Positions 29,971 through 39,216 of a stretch of DNA of 64,000 bases are shown here, piece after piece. The position numbers and the translations under genes were made by a program. Below the pieces are notes generated by a model that was given only the letters and a program-made list of their open reading frames with translations, was not told the DNA's origin and did not search any database. This DNA comes from Candidatus Multivoradales bacterium (GTDB taxonomy: Bacteria > Acidobacteriota > Thermoanaerobaculia > Multivoradales > JAHEKO01): NCBI GenBank assembly GCA_965223155.1, contig CBDCVR010000014.1, positions 96,001 to 160,000 on the forward strand. The letters run 5' to 3'. Positions within the stretch are counted from its first letter, which is position 1, and the number at the start of each line of letters is the position of its first letter.

Positions 29971-32232
29971 CTAGGCGCCGGATCCGACCGTGGACTCCGC
30001 ATCTCGCTGGTCGAGGGCTCGGAGCAAGCGGGCCAGCGCCTTCTCGACCTCGAGCTCCAGGGTATCGACCCTTTCGGCCGCAGTCTCGAGATCGCCGGCG
30101 GCAGCGGCCGACTCGATTTCATCGCACACCGTACTCACTCCGGTGGCGCCCAGATTGAGGGCGTTGCCCTTGAGCAAATGGGCCGTCCGCTCGAGCTCCA
30201 CGCCGCGGCGGCCACTCGCTGCCTGGCGCAAGCGGTCCACGAGTTGGGGCGTCCGCTGGGTGAAGTTCTGGACAAGAGTATGAAGAACGCTGCCGCCGCT
30301 GGTTTCTCCCAAAGCCGCCAAACGCTCGAGCTGGCGTTCGTCGACAACCTGGTCCTCGGAGGCTGGCACCTCGGCTGCCGGCGCTTGGGCCGGCGAAGCG
30401 GCAACATCGGCGAAACAACGTAGCAGCACCTCCTCCAGATCACGCTGCTTGACCGGCTTGGCAAGAAAATGATCCATCCCGGCTTCCATACATTGGTCCC
30501 GAGCTTCGCGCATCGCCGCCGCGGTCAGCGCAACCACGGGCACCCGGGTGCCGGGAGTTTCGATGCGTCGCAGACGGCGGGTGGTTTCGAAGCCGTCGAG
30601 CTCGGGCATCTGACAGTCCATGAGCACCGCGTCGAACCCGCTCTGCTCAAAGAGCAGCAAGCCCTCTGCGCCGCTCGCCGCTACTGTCGGCCGAAAACCG
30701 AGCGCCTCGAGTTGAAGCTTGGCAACCGTGCGGTTGATCTCATTGTCCTCGATCACCAGGATCCGCATACTCGCCCTGTCCACCTCGAAATCCGCGGTAT
30801 CGATCACCTCCTGCGCAGCCGAGGCTAGATCCTCGGAAGCGGTCTGCGGCGACAGGTACAAAGGCAGCAGCAGCAAGAAGGTCGAGCCCTCTCCCGGCTC
30901 GCTTGTCACCGAGATCCGGCCGCCCAGGACCGTCGCCAAGCGCGCGCTGATCGCCAGGCCCAAGCCCGTGCCACCGAACCGGCGCGTGCTCGAAGCATCC
31001 ACCTGGAAGAAGGGCTCGAACAGTCGTTTTCGATCGCCTTCGGCAATGCCCGGACCCGTATCCGTCACCGCAAAGGCGACACTCAGGACATCGCCACGGG
31101 AATCTTGAATCTGGGCGGTAACTCGCACCCCGCCGGACTCGGTAAACCTCACGGCGTTGCTCACGAGGTTTAGCAGGATCTGCTCCAACCGGCGCCGGTC
31201 CCCCCACAGCTCACGATCCAGCGACCTGCTCACCCCCACCGTGAGCTCCAGTCCCTTGGCCGCTGCCCTCTCGCCGAGCAGAGCACACACCTTCTCGACC
31301 GCTGACGCGGGGTTGAACCGGACCAGTTCCACCAGCAGTTCGCCGGCCTCGATCCGAGACAGATCCAGAAGCTCGTTGAGCAGGTCCAGAAGATCCTCTC
31401 CAGAGGCGGAGATCTGGGCCACCAGCTTGCTCTCTCGCTCGGGGAGCTTAGCCGTACCCAGAATCTCGGCGAAGCCCAGAATCGCGTTCAGAGGAGTACG
31501 AATCTCGTGACTGGTGTTCGCGAGGAAGTCGCTCTTGGCCCGGCTGGCCCGTTCGGCATCGTCCCGGGCCTCCCGCAGCTCCGCCGCCTGCACTTCGAGC
31601 AGCTTGGTCTTGACCAGTCCCTGCCAGTACTCGCGGTGCAGAATCCGACTCTGAGTCCAGATATAGCCGCAGTAGAGCAGCATCAGGAGAGCAGCGCCTC
31701 GGCCACCCGGGGCGCCCGAGGCCAGAGCCGCCGCTGTTGGCAGGCCAAGCATCAGTAGCGTATAGCCACGGCTCAGCACCAGATTCTGGCCAAAGGCCGC
31801 CATGCCGCCGCCACACATCCCCGCGCTGCCCAGCAGAGCCAAGAAGCTGGGCCAAGTAACCCCGTAGTAGAAGACGGTTGCGGCAGCGAAGGCGCCCCAG
31901 GCAAAGGCCGACGCCAGCACCAAGACGCTCGTGGCCGTCTGCCAGGACTCGGCCGCGGCCAGCGTCGAAGCGTTCAGCCGCCGATGGAGTTGAAGCCGAA
32001 CCCCCATCGCGATGATCATGAATGCCAACACCCCAAGGACCAGCCTCGGGTGCTCCTTCCACAGCGAAGAAGCGAACGCCAGCACCAAGATGCCAAGTGG
32101 ATACAGAAAGACGCCTGGCAAGGTTCGCTCTGCGGTCAGGCGATTGGCGCGGGCGACGACCTGTCGCCACTCCTCCCGATCCAGCTCCGCCGGCCGCCGC
32201 GGCACCCAACCGATTTGCAGCCAGGAAGACAT
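29971..32232 (-). CDS. Hybrid sensor kinase (multi-TM, HisKA, HATPase, REC, Hpt)
   Basis: SHEIRTPLN, NLVSNAV, GGTGLGL, LMDCQMPELDG and AHLLKG motifs. Confidence 0.93.
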   Translation of the reverse strand: MSSWLQIGWVPRRPAELDREEWRQVVARANRLTAERTLPGVFLYPLGILVLAFASSLWKEHPRLVLGVLAFMIIAMGVRLQLHRRLNASTLAAAESWQTATSVLVLASAFAWGAFAAATVFYYGVTWPSFLALLGSAGMCGGGMAAFGQNLVLSRGYTLLMLGLPTAAALASGAPGGRGAALLMLLYCGYIWTQSRILHREYWQGLVKTKLLEVQAAELREARDDAERASRAKSDFLANTSHEIRTPLNAILGFAEILGTAKLPERESKLVAQISASGEDLLDLLNELLDLSRIEAGELLVELVRFNPASAVEKVCALLGERAAAKGLELTVGVSRSLDRELWGDRRRLEQILLNLVSNAVRFTESGGVRVTAQIQDSRGDVLSVAFAVTDTGPGIAEGDRKRLFEPFFQVDASSTRRFGGTGLGLAISARLATVLGGRISVTSEPGEGSTFLLLLPLYLSPQTASEDLASAAQEVIDTADFEVDRASMRILVIEDNEINRTVAKLQLEALGFRPTVAASGAEGLLLFEQSGFDAVLMDCQMPELDGFETTRRLRRIETPGTRVPVVALTAAAMREARDQCMEAGMDHFLAKPVKQRDLEEVLLRCFADVAASPAQAPAAEVPASEDQVVDERQLERLAALGETSGGSVLHTLVQNFTQRTPQLVDRLRQAASGRRGVELERTAHLLKGNALNLGATGVSTVCDEIESAAAAGDLETAAERVDTLELEVEKALARLLRALDQRDAESTVGSGA

Positions 32233-32457
32233 GCGCCCTTATATCAGGGTTGGGCGGACGCCGGCGCGACGGATCACGGCGGCCTCAGCTTGAACCGCTC
32301 CCGAGCGGTCCGGACACACACCCGAGCCGATCACGGAGGTAAGATATCCCTCCACCGACGGCGACAAGCCGGCGCAACGCGACGCGGAGTCGCGTCCACC
32401 ATCGCGCCGCGGACCCAGGCGGAGCCGCGCGCATTTCTTCAGAACCGGGAGGAGCGA

Positions 32458-33831
32458 GTGATTCTCAAGACAACAGCCCTTCGCAACGGCGTTCTGCTTA
32501 CTGCAGCGGTCATCCTGCTGACGGGCACGGCGAACGCCGATCCGATCTTTCCCCACGAGGTACACGAGAAGACCCTGGACAACGGTCTCCAGGTGGTTTC
32601 CGTGCCCTACGACAGTCCGGGCACGGTTGCGTTCATGATCGTCGTGCGGACCGGTTCCCGCGACGAGGTCGAGCCCGGCCACAGCGGTTTCGCCCACTTC
32701 TTCGAGCACATGATGTTCCGGGGCACGGACCGCTACTCGGGCGACGAGTACAACGACGTCTTGAAGCGCATGGGCGCCGACTCCAACGCCTCGACATCCG
32801 ACGACCGCACCCGCTACTACATCATCGGCCCCTCGGCCGAGCTCGAGACCATGATGGACGTCGAGTCCGATCGCTTCAAGAACCTGAAGTACAGCGAGGA
32901 GGACTTTCGCCGCGAGGCTCTCGCGGTTCTGGGCGAGTACAACAAGAACATCTCGAACCCGTTCTTGCCGATGTACGAGACCATGCGCGAGCTGGCCTTT
33001 ACCGAGCACACCTACGGGCATACCACCATGGGCTACCTCGAAGACATCAAGGCCATGCCCGGCTACTACGACTACAGCTTGTCCTTCTTCGACCGCTTCT
33101 ACCGGCCGGAGAACTGCAGCGTCGTCGTGGTGGGCGACGCCCAACCCGATGCCGTCTTCGACCTTGCCGATCGCTACTGGGGCGACTGGGAGACCGGCTA
33201 CGAAGCGCCCGAGATCCAGTCCGAGGCGCCGCAGACCGAAGCGCGCGAGGCCTCGATCGACTGGCCGGGCCCGATCAGCCCGCACCTGATGGTCGGCTAC
33301 CGCGCCCCCGCCTTTTCCGACTCGGGAGTCGAGACGGCGGCGCTCGACCTGCTGTCCCAGTTGCTCTTCAGCGAATCGGCGCCTCTATACCAGAAGCTGG
33401 TGGTCGAGGAGCAGTGGGTCGATTTCGTCTCGGGCAGCTACTCGGACCACCGCGATCCCTATCTCTTCATGATCTACACCCGGGTGAAGTCGGAAGAGCT
33501 GATCCCAAAGGTCCTGGCCGCGATCGACGAGGCCCTCAGCGAGGCTCAGACGATGCCCGTGGATGGGGACAAACTCGAGCGCATCAAGTCGCACCTGAAG
33601 TACCAGTTCGCCTTGAGCCTGGACACTCCGGGCGCCATCGCCTTCATGATGACCAGCTATTTGACGCTGACCGGCGACACCAACACGGTCAACAACGTCT
33701 ACGAGCAGTACCAGAAAGTGACGCCCGAGGACATCCAGGCGATCGCCCGCAAGGTATTCACCGAAACCAACCGCACCCGCGTCACCCTCGGCCATAGCCC
33801 GGCCGACGACGACGCGTCTGAAAGTCGCTAG
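32458..33831 (+). CDS. M16B zinc peptidase, catalytic subunit
   Basis: GFAHFFEHMMFRGT (HxxEH), signal peptide, GGAGGA RBS before GTG 32458. Confidence 0.92.
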   Translation: MILKTTALRNGVLLTAAVILLTGTANADPIFPHEVHEKTLDNGLQVVSVPYDSPGTVAFMIVVRTGSRDEVEPGHSGFAHFFEHMMFRGTDRYSGDEYNDVLKRMGADSNASTSDDRTRYYIIGPSAELETMMDVESDRFKNLKYSEEDFRREALAVLGEYNKNISNPFLPMYETMRELAFTEHTYGHTTMGYLEDIKAMPGYYDYSLSFFDRFYRPENCSVVVVGDAQPDAVFDLADRYWGDWETGYEAPEIQSEAPQTEAREASIDWPGPISPHLMVGYRAPAFSDSGVETAALDLLSQLLFSESAPLYQKLVVEEQWVDFVSGSYSDHRDPYLFMIYTRVKSEELIPKVLAAIDEALSEAQTMPVDGDKLERIKSHLKYQFALSLDTPGAIAFMMTSYLTLTGDTNTVNNVYEQYQKVTPEDIQAIARKVFTETNRTRVTLGHSPADDDASESR

Positions 33832-33841
33832 GAGGGACTCC

Positions 33842-35485
33842 ATGACCCAACTCGCACGAATCTTCCGCGGCGTGACCCCACTGGTTGCGCTCGCCGCCCT
33901 TCTGACCTCAGCCTGCGCCTCGTCCGGCGGCCTGCGCTCGGCGCGCTCCGCCTCGGCCGAGAGCGCATCCGACAGCGACCGCGCCACCCTGTCCCAGCCG
34001 GCCGAGACCAAGCCCGACGAGAGCAAGGTCCCGGCCGAAGCCGCGGACTCGCCTATCCAGCTCGTCGCCCTGCCGAGCCCAGGGTCGCCGATCGTGGCCA
34101 TCCGGCTCCAGTTCGCCGCCGGCTCGATCTACGACCCGGCCGGCAAGGAAGGTCTGGCCCATCTGACCGGTCTCATGTTGGGCCAGTCGGCGACCGGCAA
34201 GCGCTCCTTCAAAGAGTTGGTGGACGCCCTCTACCCGATGGCGGCTTCGATCGACGTGGCCACCGACCGCGAGGTCACGGTGTTCAGCGGCGAGGTACAC
34301 CGGGACACCCTCGACGAGTACGTGGGTCTCCTGCTGGAGGCGCTCCTGGATCCAGCCTTCGCCAAGGACGACTTCGCCCGCCACAAGGCGCAGCAGGGAG
34401 CGTTTCTCACCAACACGCTGCGCGCTTCGAATGACGAGCTCCTGGGCCTCGAAGCCATCCAGCAGGTGATCTTCTCCGACCATCCCTACGGCCACGCTCC
34501 GCAGGGCACGATCCAGGGCCTGGCCGCGATCACCCTCGACGATGTCCGGAACTTCTACCGGTCCCACTACTCTCGAGACAAGCTCGTGCTGGGTCTGGCC
34601 GGCGGCTATCCGGACTCGCTCCCCGGCGACCTCCAGGCCAAGCTGGCAAGCCTGCCGGCGGGAGGCCAGGGTCGCGGCGATCTCGACCTGCCCTCTGTGG
34701 ATCGCCCCGAGGGACGGCAGTTCGTCCTCATCGACAAGCCCACCGACTCGGTCGGCATTCACATTGGCTACCCGCTGTCCATCAACCGGTCGCATCCGGA
34801 CTACTACCCGCTCATGGTCGCCAACAGCTTCCTGGGCGAGCATCGGACCTTCCACGGCCGGCTGATGAAGCAGCTCCGCGGCAAGCGAGGCCTCAACTAC
34901 GGGGACTACTCCTACATCGAGTACTGGCACCTGCCGCCTTTCACCAGCAACCCCAGTCCCAACTTCCCTCGCCGCCAGCAGTTCTTCTCCGTCTGGATCC
35001 GGCCGGTCGTTCCCAACACGGCGCACTTCGCCCTGCGCAACGCCCTCTATGAGGTCGACCGCTTGATCCAGAACGGCATGACCCAGGAGGAGTTCGAGCT
35101 GACCCGCGACTTCGTGGTCAACTACTCCAAGCTCTGGGCGCAGAGCCCGTCGAACCGGCTGGGCTTCGCCATGGACAGCCACTTCTACGGCATCGACTAC
35201 TACATCGACCGGATCGAGGATGAGCTTGCCAAGCTGAGCGTCGAGGACGTCAACGAGGCCATCGAGCGGCACATTCAGACGGACAGCTTCCACGCGGTCT
35301 TCGTTACCGCCGGAGCCGACAAGGTCCGGTCCTACCTCGAGGCCGACGAGCCGAGTCCGATGGAGTACAACGCTCCGCCCGAGGCGGACGTCGTCCGGGC
35401 GGACAAGACCATCCAGCGCATCCCGGTGGAGCCGGACGCGTTCGAGATCGTGCCGGTCCAGGCGATGTTCGAGGGTGGCAACTAG
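33842..35485 (+). CDS. M16B peptidase non-catalytic partner subunit, lipoprotein
   Basis: Lipobox TSAC, GLAHLT (degenerate site) and LRGKRGLNY R/Y motif. Confidence 0.88.
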   Translation: MTQLARIFRGVTPLVALAALLTSACASSGGLRSARSASAESASDSDRATLSQPAETKPDESKVPAEAADSPIQLVALPSPGSPIVAIRLQFAAGSIYDPAGKEGLAHLTGLMLGQSATGKRSFKELVDALYPMAASIDVATDREVTVFSGEVHRDTLDEYVGLLLEALLDPAFAKDDFARHKAQQGAFLTNTLRASNDELLGLEAIQQVIFSDHPYGHAPQGTIQGLAAITLDDVRNFYRSHYSRDKLVLGLAGGYPDSLPGDLQAKLASLPAGGQGRGDLDLPSVDRPEGRQFVLIDKPTDSVGIHIGYPLSINRSHPDYYPLMVANSFLGEHRTFHGRLMKQLRGKRGLNYGDYSYIEYWHLPPFTSNPSPNFPRRQQFFSVWIRPVVPNTAHFALRNALYEVDRLIQNGMTQEEFELTRDFVVNYSKLWAQSPSNRLGFAMDSHFYGIDYYIDRIEDELAKLSVEDVNEAIERHIQTDSFHAVFVTAGADKVRSYLEADEPSPMEYNAPPEADVVRADKTIQRIPVEPDAFEIVPVQAMFEGGN

Positions 35486-35510
35486 GGCCTGGCAAGACAA
35501 CCGTTTTCCC

Positions 35511-35545
35511 GGCCGCCCCGCTCGTGCGGGGCGGCCTTTTCTTTT
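35511..35545 (+). terminator. Rho-independent terminator
   Basis: GGCCGCCCCGC-TCGT-GCGGGGCGGCC followed by TTTTCTTTT. Confidence 0.85.
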
Positions 35546-35548
35546 CCC

Positions 35549-35743
35549 GTGACTGACGCCAGCCCGATCCACACGGCGATCCTGGACTGCCCGTACTGCG
35601 GCGAGCCGGTAGCGCTTGCCGTCGAGGCCGACGTCGTCGGGGTCCTCGTGCAGGACTGCGAGGTGTGCTGCAACCCGTGGCAGGTCACGGTTCGGCGGCG
35701 GGCGAACTCGGTCGAGGTCGAGGCCGCCCGCCTGGACGACTAG
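35549..35743 (+). CDS. CPXCG-motif cysteine-rich small protein
   Basis: CPYCG...QDCEVCCNP. Confidence 0.8.
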   Translation: MTDASPIHTAILDCPYCGEPVALAVEADVVGVLVQDCEVCCNPWQVTVRRRANSVEVEAARLDD

Positions 35744-35917
35744 AGGCCGGTCGGACGACGCGGCGGCTTCCAGGAGCGCACCGGGCGGGCGCAGTCATCT
35801 GGCTGGCTGGCTGGAAGACGCAGAGCGCCGCGGATGCCCCACGATCTTCAGCAGGACCAGGATGCGCTCCCGCGAGCCTCGGCGGGGTGAGACGATTAGG
35901 CTAGGAGGAAGACCGCA

Positions 35918-37108
35918 ATGACCGCAACCCCGGACCCGACCGACCCGACCGACCCGACCGACCCGAACGAATCGACGGAACCGACTGAACCGGCCGAACC
36001 GACTGATCCGGCAGACCCAAACGCTGTGGCCCCGGACCGAACCGAGTCGGACCGAACCGAGCCGGACCGAACCGAGCCGGATCGACCCGAGTCGGACCGA
36101 ACCGAGCCGGACCGAACCGAGCCGGACCCGGCCGCCGCCCCCGTTTCGGCACCAGGCGATCCCGGGATCGACCCATCCCAGACCGAGGATCGGGACTTGG
36201 GTTTCGGATCCGTGGTCGCCAGCTCCAGCCGGCGGCGGCTGCTCAACCGCGACGGCAGCTTCAACGTGGAACGGCACGGGCTGGGCTGGCGCACCACCCT
36301 GAGCCTGTACCACTCGCTCCTCGAGATGAGCTGGCCGCGGTTCACGGCGCTGGCGCTCGCCGCCTACCTGATCGTCAACGCCATCTTCGCCTGCGCCTAT
36401 GTAGCCGCCGGCCCGGGCGCCCTCGAAGGCATGCCCGCCGGCTCCGCCGGCGAGCGCTTTCTCCAGGGGTTCTTCTTCAGCGTGCACACGCTCTCGACCG
36501 TCGGCTACGGTCACATCGTGCCGGCAAGCCTGGCCGCGAATCTGCTGATGACGGTCGAAGCCATAGCTGGCCTCTTCGGGCTCGCCCTGGGCACGGGTCT
36601 CATCTTCGCTCGCTTCTCGCGGCCGCGGGCCAACATCGTGTTCAGCCGCGCTGCGATCATCGCTCCCTACCGGGGCGGCACGGCCTTCGAGTTCCGCCTC
36701 GCCAACCGGCGGCGCAACCAGCTCATCGATGTCGAGGCCAGAGTCCTCTTCAGCCGCCGAGAGCCAGCCGCGAACGGCCGCCTCAAGCGCAACTTCTACC
36801 AGCTCGACCTGGAGCGCCGGCGGGTCACGTTCTTTCCCCTGGCCTGGACCATCGTCCACCCGATTGACGAGACCAGTCCGCTCTGGCGGGTCACGCCCGA
36901 GGAGCTCGTAGCCAGCGATCCCGAGTTTCTGGTGCTACTGACAGGTATCGACGAGACCTTCTCGCAGATCGTGCACGCCCGCACCTCGTACAAGGCCGAC
37001 GAGGTTGTCTGGCAGGCCCGCTTCACCAACATCTTCAAACGCTCCGACCCAAACGCGCCTCTGGCGGTAGACGTCAGCCGGATTCACGAGATCAAGCCCG
37101 CAGCCTAG
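35918..37108 (+). CDS. KirBac inward-rectifier potassium channel with repetitive acidic N-terminus
   Basis: FFFSVHTLSTVGYG filter, FARFSRP, WTIVHPIDETSPL and DETFSQ motifs. AGGAGG RBS. Confidence 0.92.
   Translation: MTATPDPTDPTDPTDPNESTEPTEPAEPTDPADPNAVAPDRTESDRTEPDRTEPDRPESDRTEPDRTEPDPAAAPVSAPGDPGIDPSQTEDRDLGFGSVVASSSRRRLLNRDGSFNVERHGLGWRTTLSLYHSLLEMSWPRFTALALAAYLIVNAIFACAYVAAGPGALEGMPAGSAGERFLQGFFFSVHTLSTVGYGHIVPASLAANLLMTVEAIAGLFGLALGTGLIFARFSRPRANIVFSRAAIIAPYRGGTAFEFRLANRRRNQLIDVEARVLFSRREPAANGRLKRNFYQLDLERRRVTFFPLAWTIVHPIDETSPLWRVTPEELVASDPEFLVLLTGIDETFSQIVHARTSYKADEVVWQARFTNIFKRSDPNAPLAVDVSRIHEIKPAA
35930..36130 (+). repeat. Intragenic 9-bp (DPT/EPT) and 15-bp (DRTEP/DRTES) tandem repeats
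   Basis: GACCCGACC x3-4, then about six copies of GACCGAACCGAG(C/T)CG. Confidence 0.8.
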
Positions 37109-37120
37109 CTGCCCGCGGCC

Positions 37121-38173
37121 TCAGCGCAGCAGAAACCCATCCCCCAGGGGATCCCCGGGACTCAAGACGAAGCGGTGCCGGCCGGTCCGGTGGGCGGTGC
37201 CGAAAACCTCGGGAACCACCGCCGCGAGACCGCCGAACTCGGTTCGCCCTCGCACGGTCACCTGAAAGCGAGTCCCGATCAAGCTCTCGATCACGATCGA
37301 CTCCCCCACCGCCAGCTCGCCCCGCAGGCTATGGATCGCCGCCCGCCCGCTCACCCCGGTGCCGGTGGGCGACCGATCGACTTCGCCGTCGGCGAAGACG
37401 CAGACGTTGCGGCTGTGGACGCCGTCCGCACCACCTGGCTGGACGAAGATCGTCCCGTATAGAAACTCCAGCTCGCCGGCATGGTCGCCGCCGAAGTCCT
37501 CCGGTGGCGCCGGATGGCGAATCGGGACTTGGCCGGCCACCGCCTGCTTGATGGCCCGGCCCAGGCGCACGATCTCGGACAAGTTCTCCCGAACGAGCGC
37601 GAGGCCCAGCTCCGGCGCCTCCAGGTAGGCGTAGTACGCGCCCCCAAACGCGACGTCGCAGCGCACTTCCCCGAGTCCGGGCACGGTGACGCGACGGTCA
37701 CGCGCCAGCACGAACGACGGCACGTTCCGGAAGCTGGCCGCTCCCGGCTCGCCGTCCCGCCCGGCGGTAGCGGTGACGCGTCCAGCCGGGGTGTCGAACC
37801 GAATCGTGGGACCGTCGAACCAGCCCGCCTCGACCCCGACCGCGGCCAAGGCCAGGATGCCGTGGCCGCACATCGTGCTAAATCCCTCGTTGTGGAAGAA
37901 GAGCACCCCGACGTCGCCGTCCGGCGTGACCGGCTCGGTTAGAAAGCAGCCATACATGTCGGCGTGGCCCCGAGGCTCGAAGACCAGGAAACGGCGCAAG
38001 CCGTCCAGCCGCCGCTCTGCCCAGATTCGCTTCTCGAGCATGGAGGCTCCCGGTATCGGCCCCGGATCCGGATGGATCGAGCGCACGATCCGGAGCGGCT
38101 CGCCGGCGGTGTGGGCATCGACCGTCTCGACTTCGAGCGGCCCGGGGCCGCCAAGTAACCGCTCCGAGCTCAT
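37121..38173 (-). CDS. Proline racemase family, Cys/Thr type: probable trans-3-hydroxy-L-proline dehydratase
   Basis: DAHTAGEP, EPRGH, STMCGHG and DRSPTGTG (Thr in place of the second catalytic Cys). Confidence 0.8.
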   Translation of the reverse strand: MSSERLLGGPGPLEVETVDAHTAGEPLRIVRSIHPDPGPIPGASMLEKRIWAERRLDGLRRFLVFEPRGHADMYGCFLTEPVTPDGDVGVLFFHNEGFSTMCGHGILALAAVGVEAGWFDGPTIRFDTPAGRVTATAGRDGEPGAASFRNVPSFVLARDRRVTVPGLGEVRCDVAFGGAYYAYLEAPELGLALVRENLSEIVRLGRAIKQAVAGQVPIRHPAPPEDFGGDHAGELEFLYGTIFVQPGGADGVHSRNVCVFADGEVDRSPTGTGVSGRAAIHSLRGELAVGESIVIESLIGTRFQVTVRGRTEFGGLAAVVPEVFGTAHRTGRHRFVLSPGDPLGDGFLLR

Positions 38174-39162
38174 CGCATTCGCACCTCGACCCCCAGGTCG
38201 CGCTTGGCGCAGGCGTCGTAGACGGCGGCGGCGGCATAGAGGTCCTGCACGGCGTGGCCGACCGACTTGAACAGAGTGATCTCGTCGGCGGATCGCCGGC
38301 CCGGCCTGCGGCCGGCGGCGACGTCTCCGATCTGGGTCCACACCGCGGGCCGGGACTCGCCGGCGGCGACCGCCGCGATCAACTCCCCGGCCTCCTCGAG
38401 GGCCGCTGCGGGCGAGTCCATGAAGACTCGGGCGCGAGCGACCGCCGCAATGTCCAGTTCGCGCATCCCCGGGGTAAAGCTGCCGATGGCGTTGACGTGA
38501 CAGCCGGCCGGGAGTTCGGACCCGAAGAGCACCGGCTCGCCGGCACTGGTGACCGTGGTCACGACGTCCGCCTGCCGCACCGCCGGCGCCAGGTCGGCCA
38601 CGACCTCGAGCCGGGCTTCGACCTCGCCGGCGACCCTGGCGACCAGGGCCTCGGCGCTTTCCTGGGTGCGGTTGAAGACCCCGATGACCTCCAGTGCTCG
38701 CGCGGCGTCGAGCGCCAGGATCTGGCTCCGTGCCTGGCCGCCGGCTCCCACCACCAGCCCCGTTCGGGCGTCTGGCGGCGCCAGCAGGCGGGTGGCCAGG
38801 CCCGCAGCCGCGCCGGTACGAAGCGCGGTCACCGCCGCGCCCTCGAGCACCGCCACCGGAGCGCCGCTGCGGGTCTCCTGGAGCAGGACAAGACCCTGGA
38901 TCGCGGGCTTTCCCCGGCTCGGATTCTCCGGCACCACGGACAGAACTTTGACCGCCAGACCGGCTTTGGGGGAGGTCGCCGGCATCACCAGTCCGACCGC
39001 GCCCGATCCAGCCGAGTCGGCTTCCAGCGGCAGCGCCAGGCGCTGTGGCACCGTCGCCGCGCCACTCGAAAGCGCCGCGAAGGCCTCGGCCATGACGTCG
39101 ATCGCTGACGCCATCGGCAACGCGGCCTCGACCTCGGCCGCAGCCAGCACTCGGAGCCTCAT
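38170..39162 (-). CDS. Ornithine cyclodeaminase/mu-crystallin family: probable pyrroline-2-carboxylate reductase
   Basis: TALRTGAA, GAGGQA, HVNAIGS and FKSVG..QD motifs. ATGA-coupled to the racemase-family gene. Confidence 0.8.
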   Translation of the reverse strand: MRLRVLAAAEVEAALPMASAIDVMAEAFAALSSGAATVPQRLALPLEADSAGSGAVGLVMPATSPKAGLAVKVLSVVPENPSRGKPAIQGLVLLQETRSGAPVAVLEGAAVTALRTGAAAGLATRLLAPPDARTGLVVGAGGQARSQILALDAARALEVIGVFNRTQESAEALVARVAGEVEARLEVVADLAPAVRQADVVTTVTSAGEPVLFGSELPAGCHVNAIGSFTPGMRELDIAAVARARVFMDSPAAALEEAGELIAAVAAGESRPAVWTQIGDVAAGRRPGRRSADEITLFKSVGHAVQDLYAAAAVYDACAKRDLGVEVRMR

Positions 39163-39216
39163 CGCCCGACGAGACTAGCAGCGTGGAGCGGCCGATCCTT
39201 GCTATCTTGGGCGCCC

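Noticed and set aside
35930-36130. Possible CRISPR array
   Set aside because: The units are contiguous 9/15-bp in-frame coding repeats without unique spacers, and no cas genes are present.
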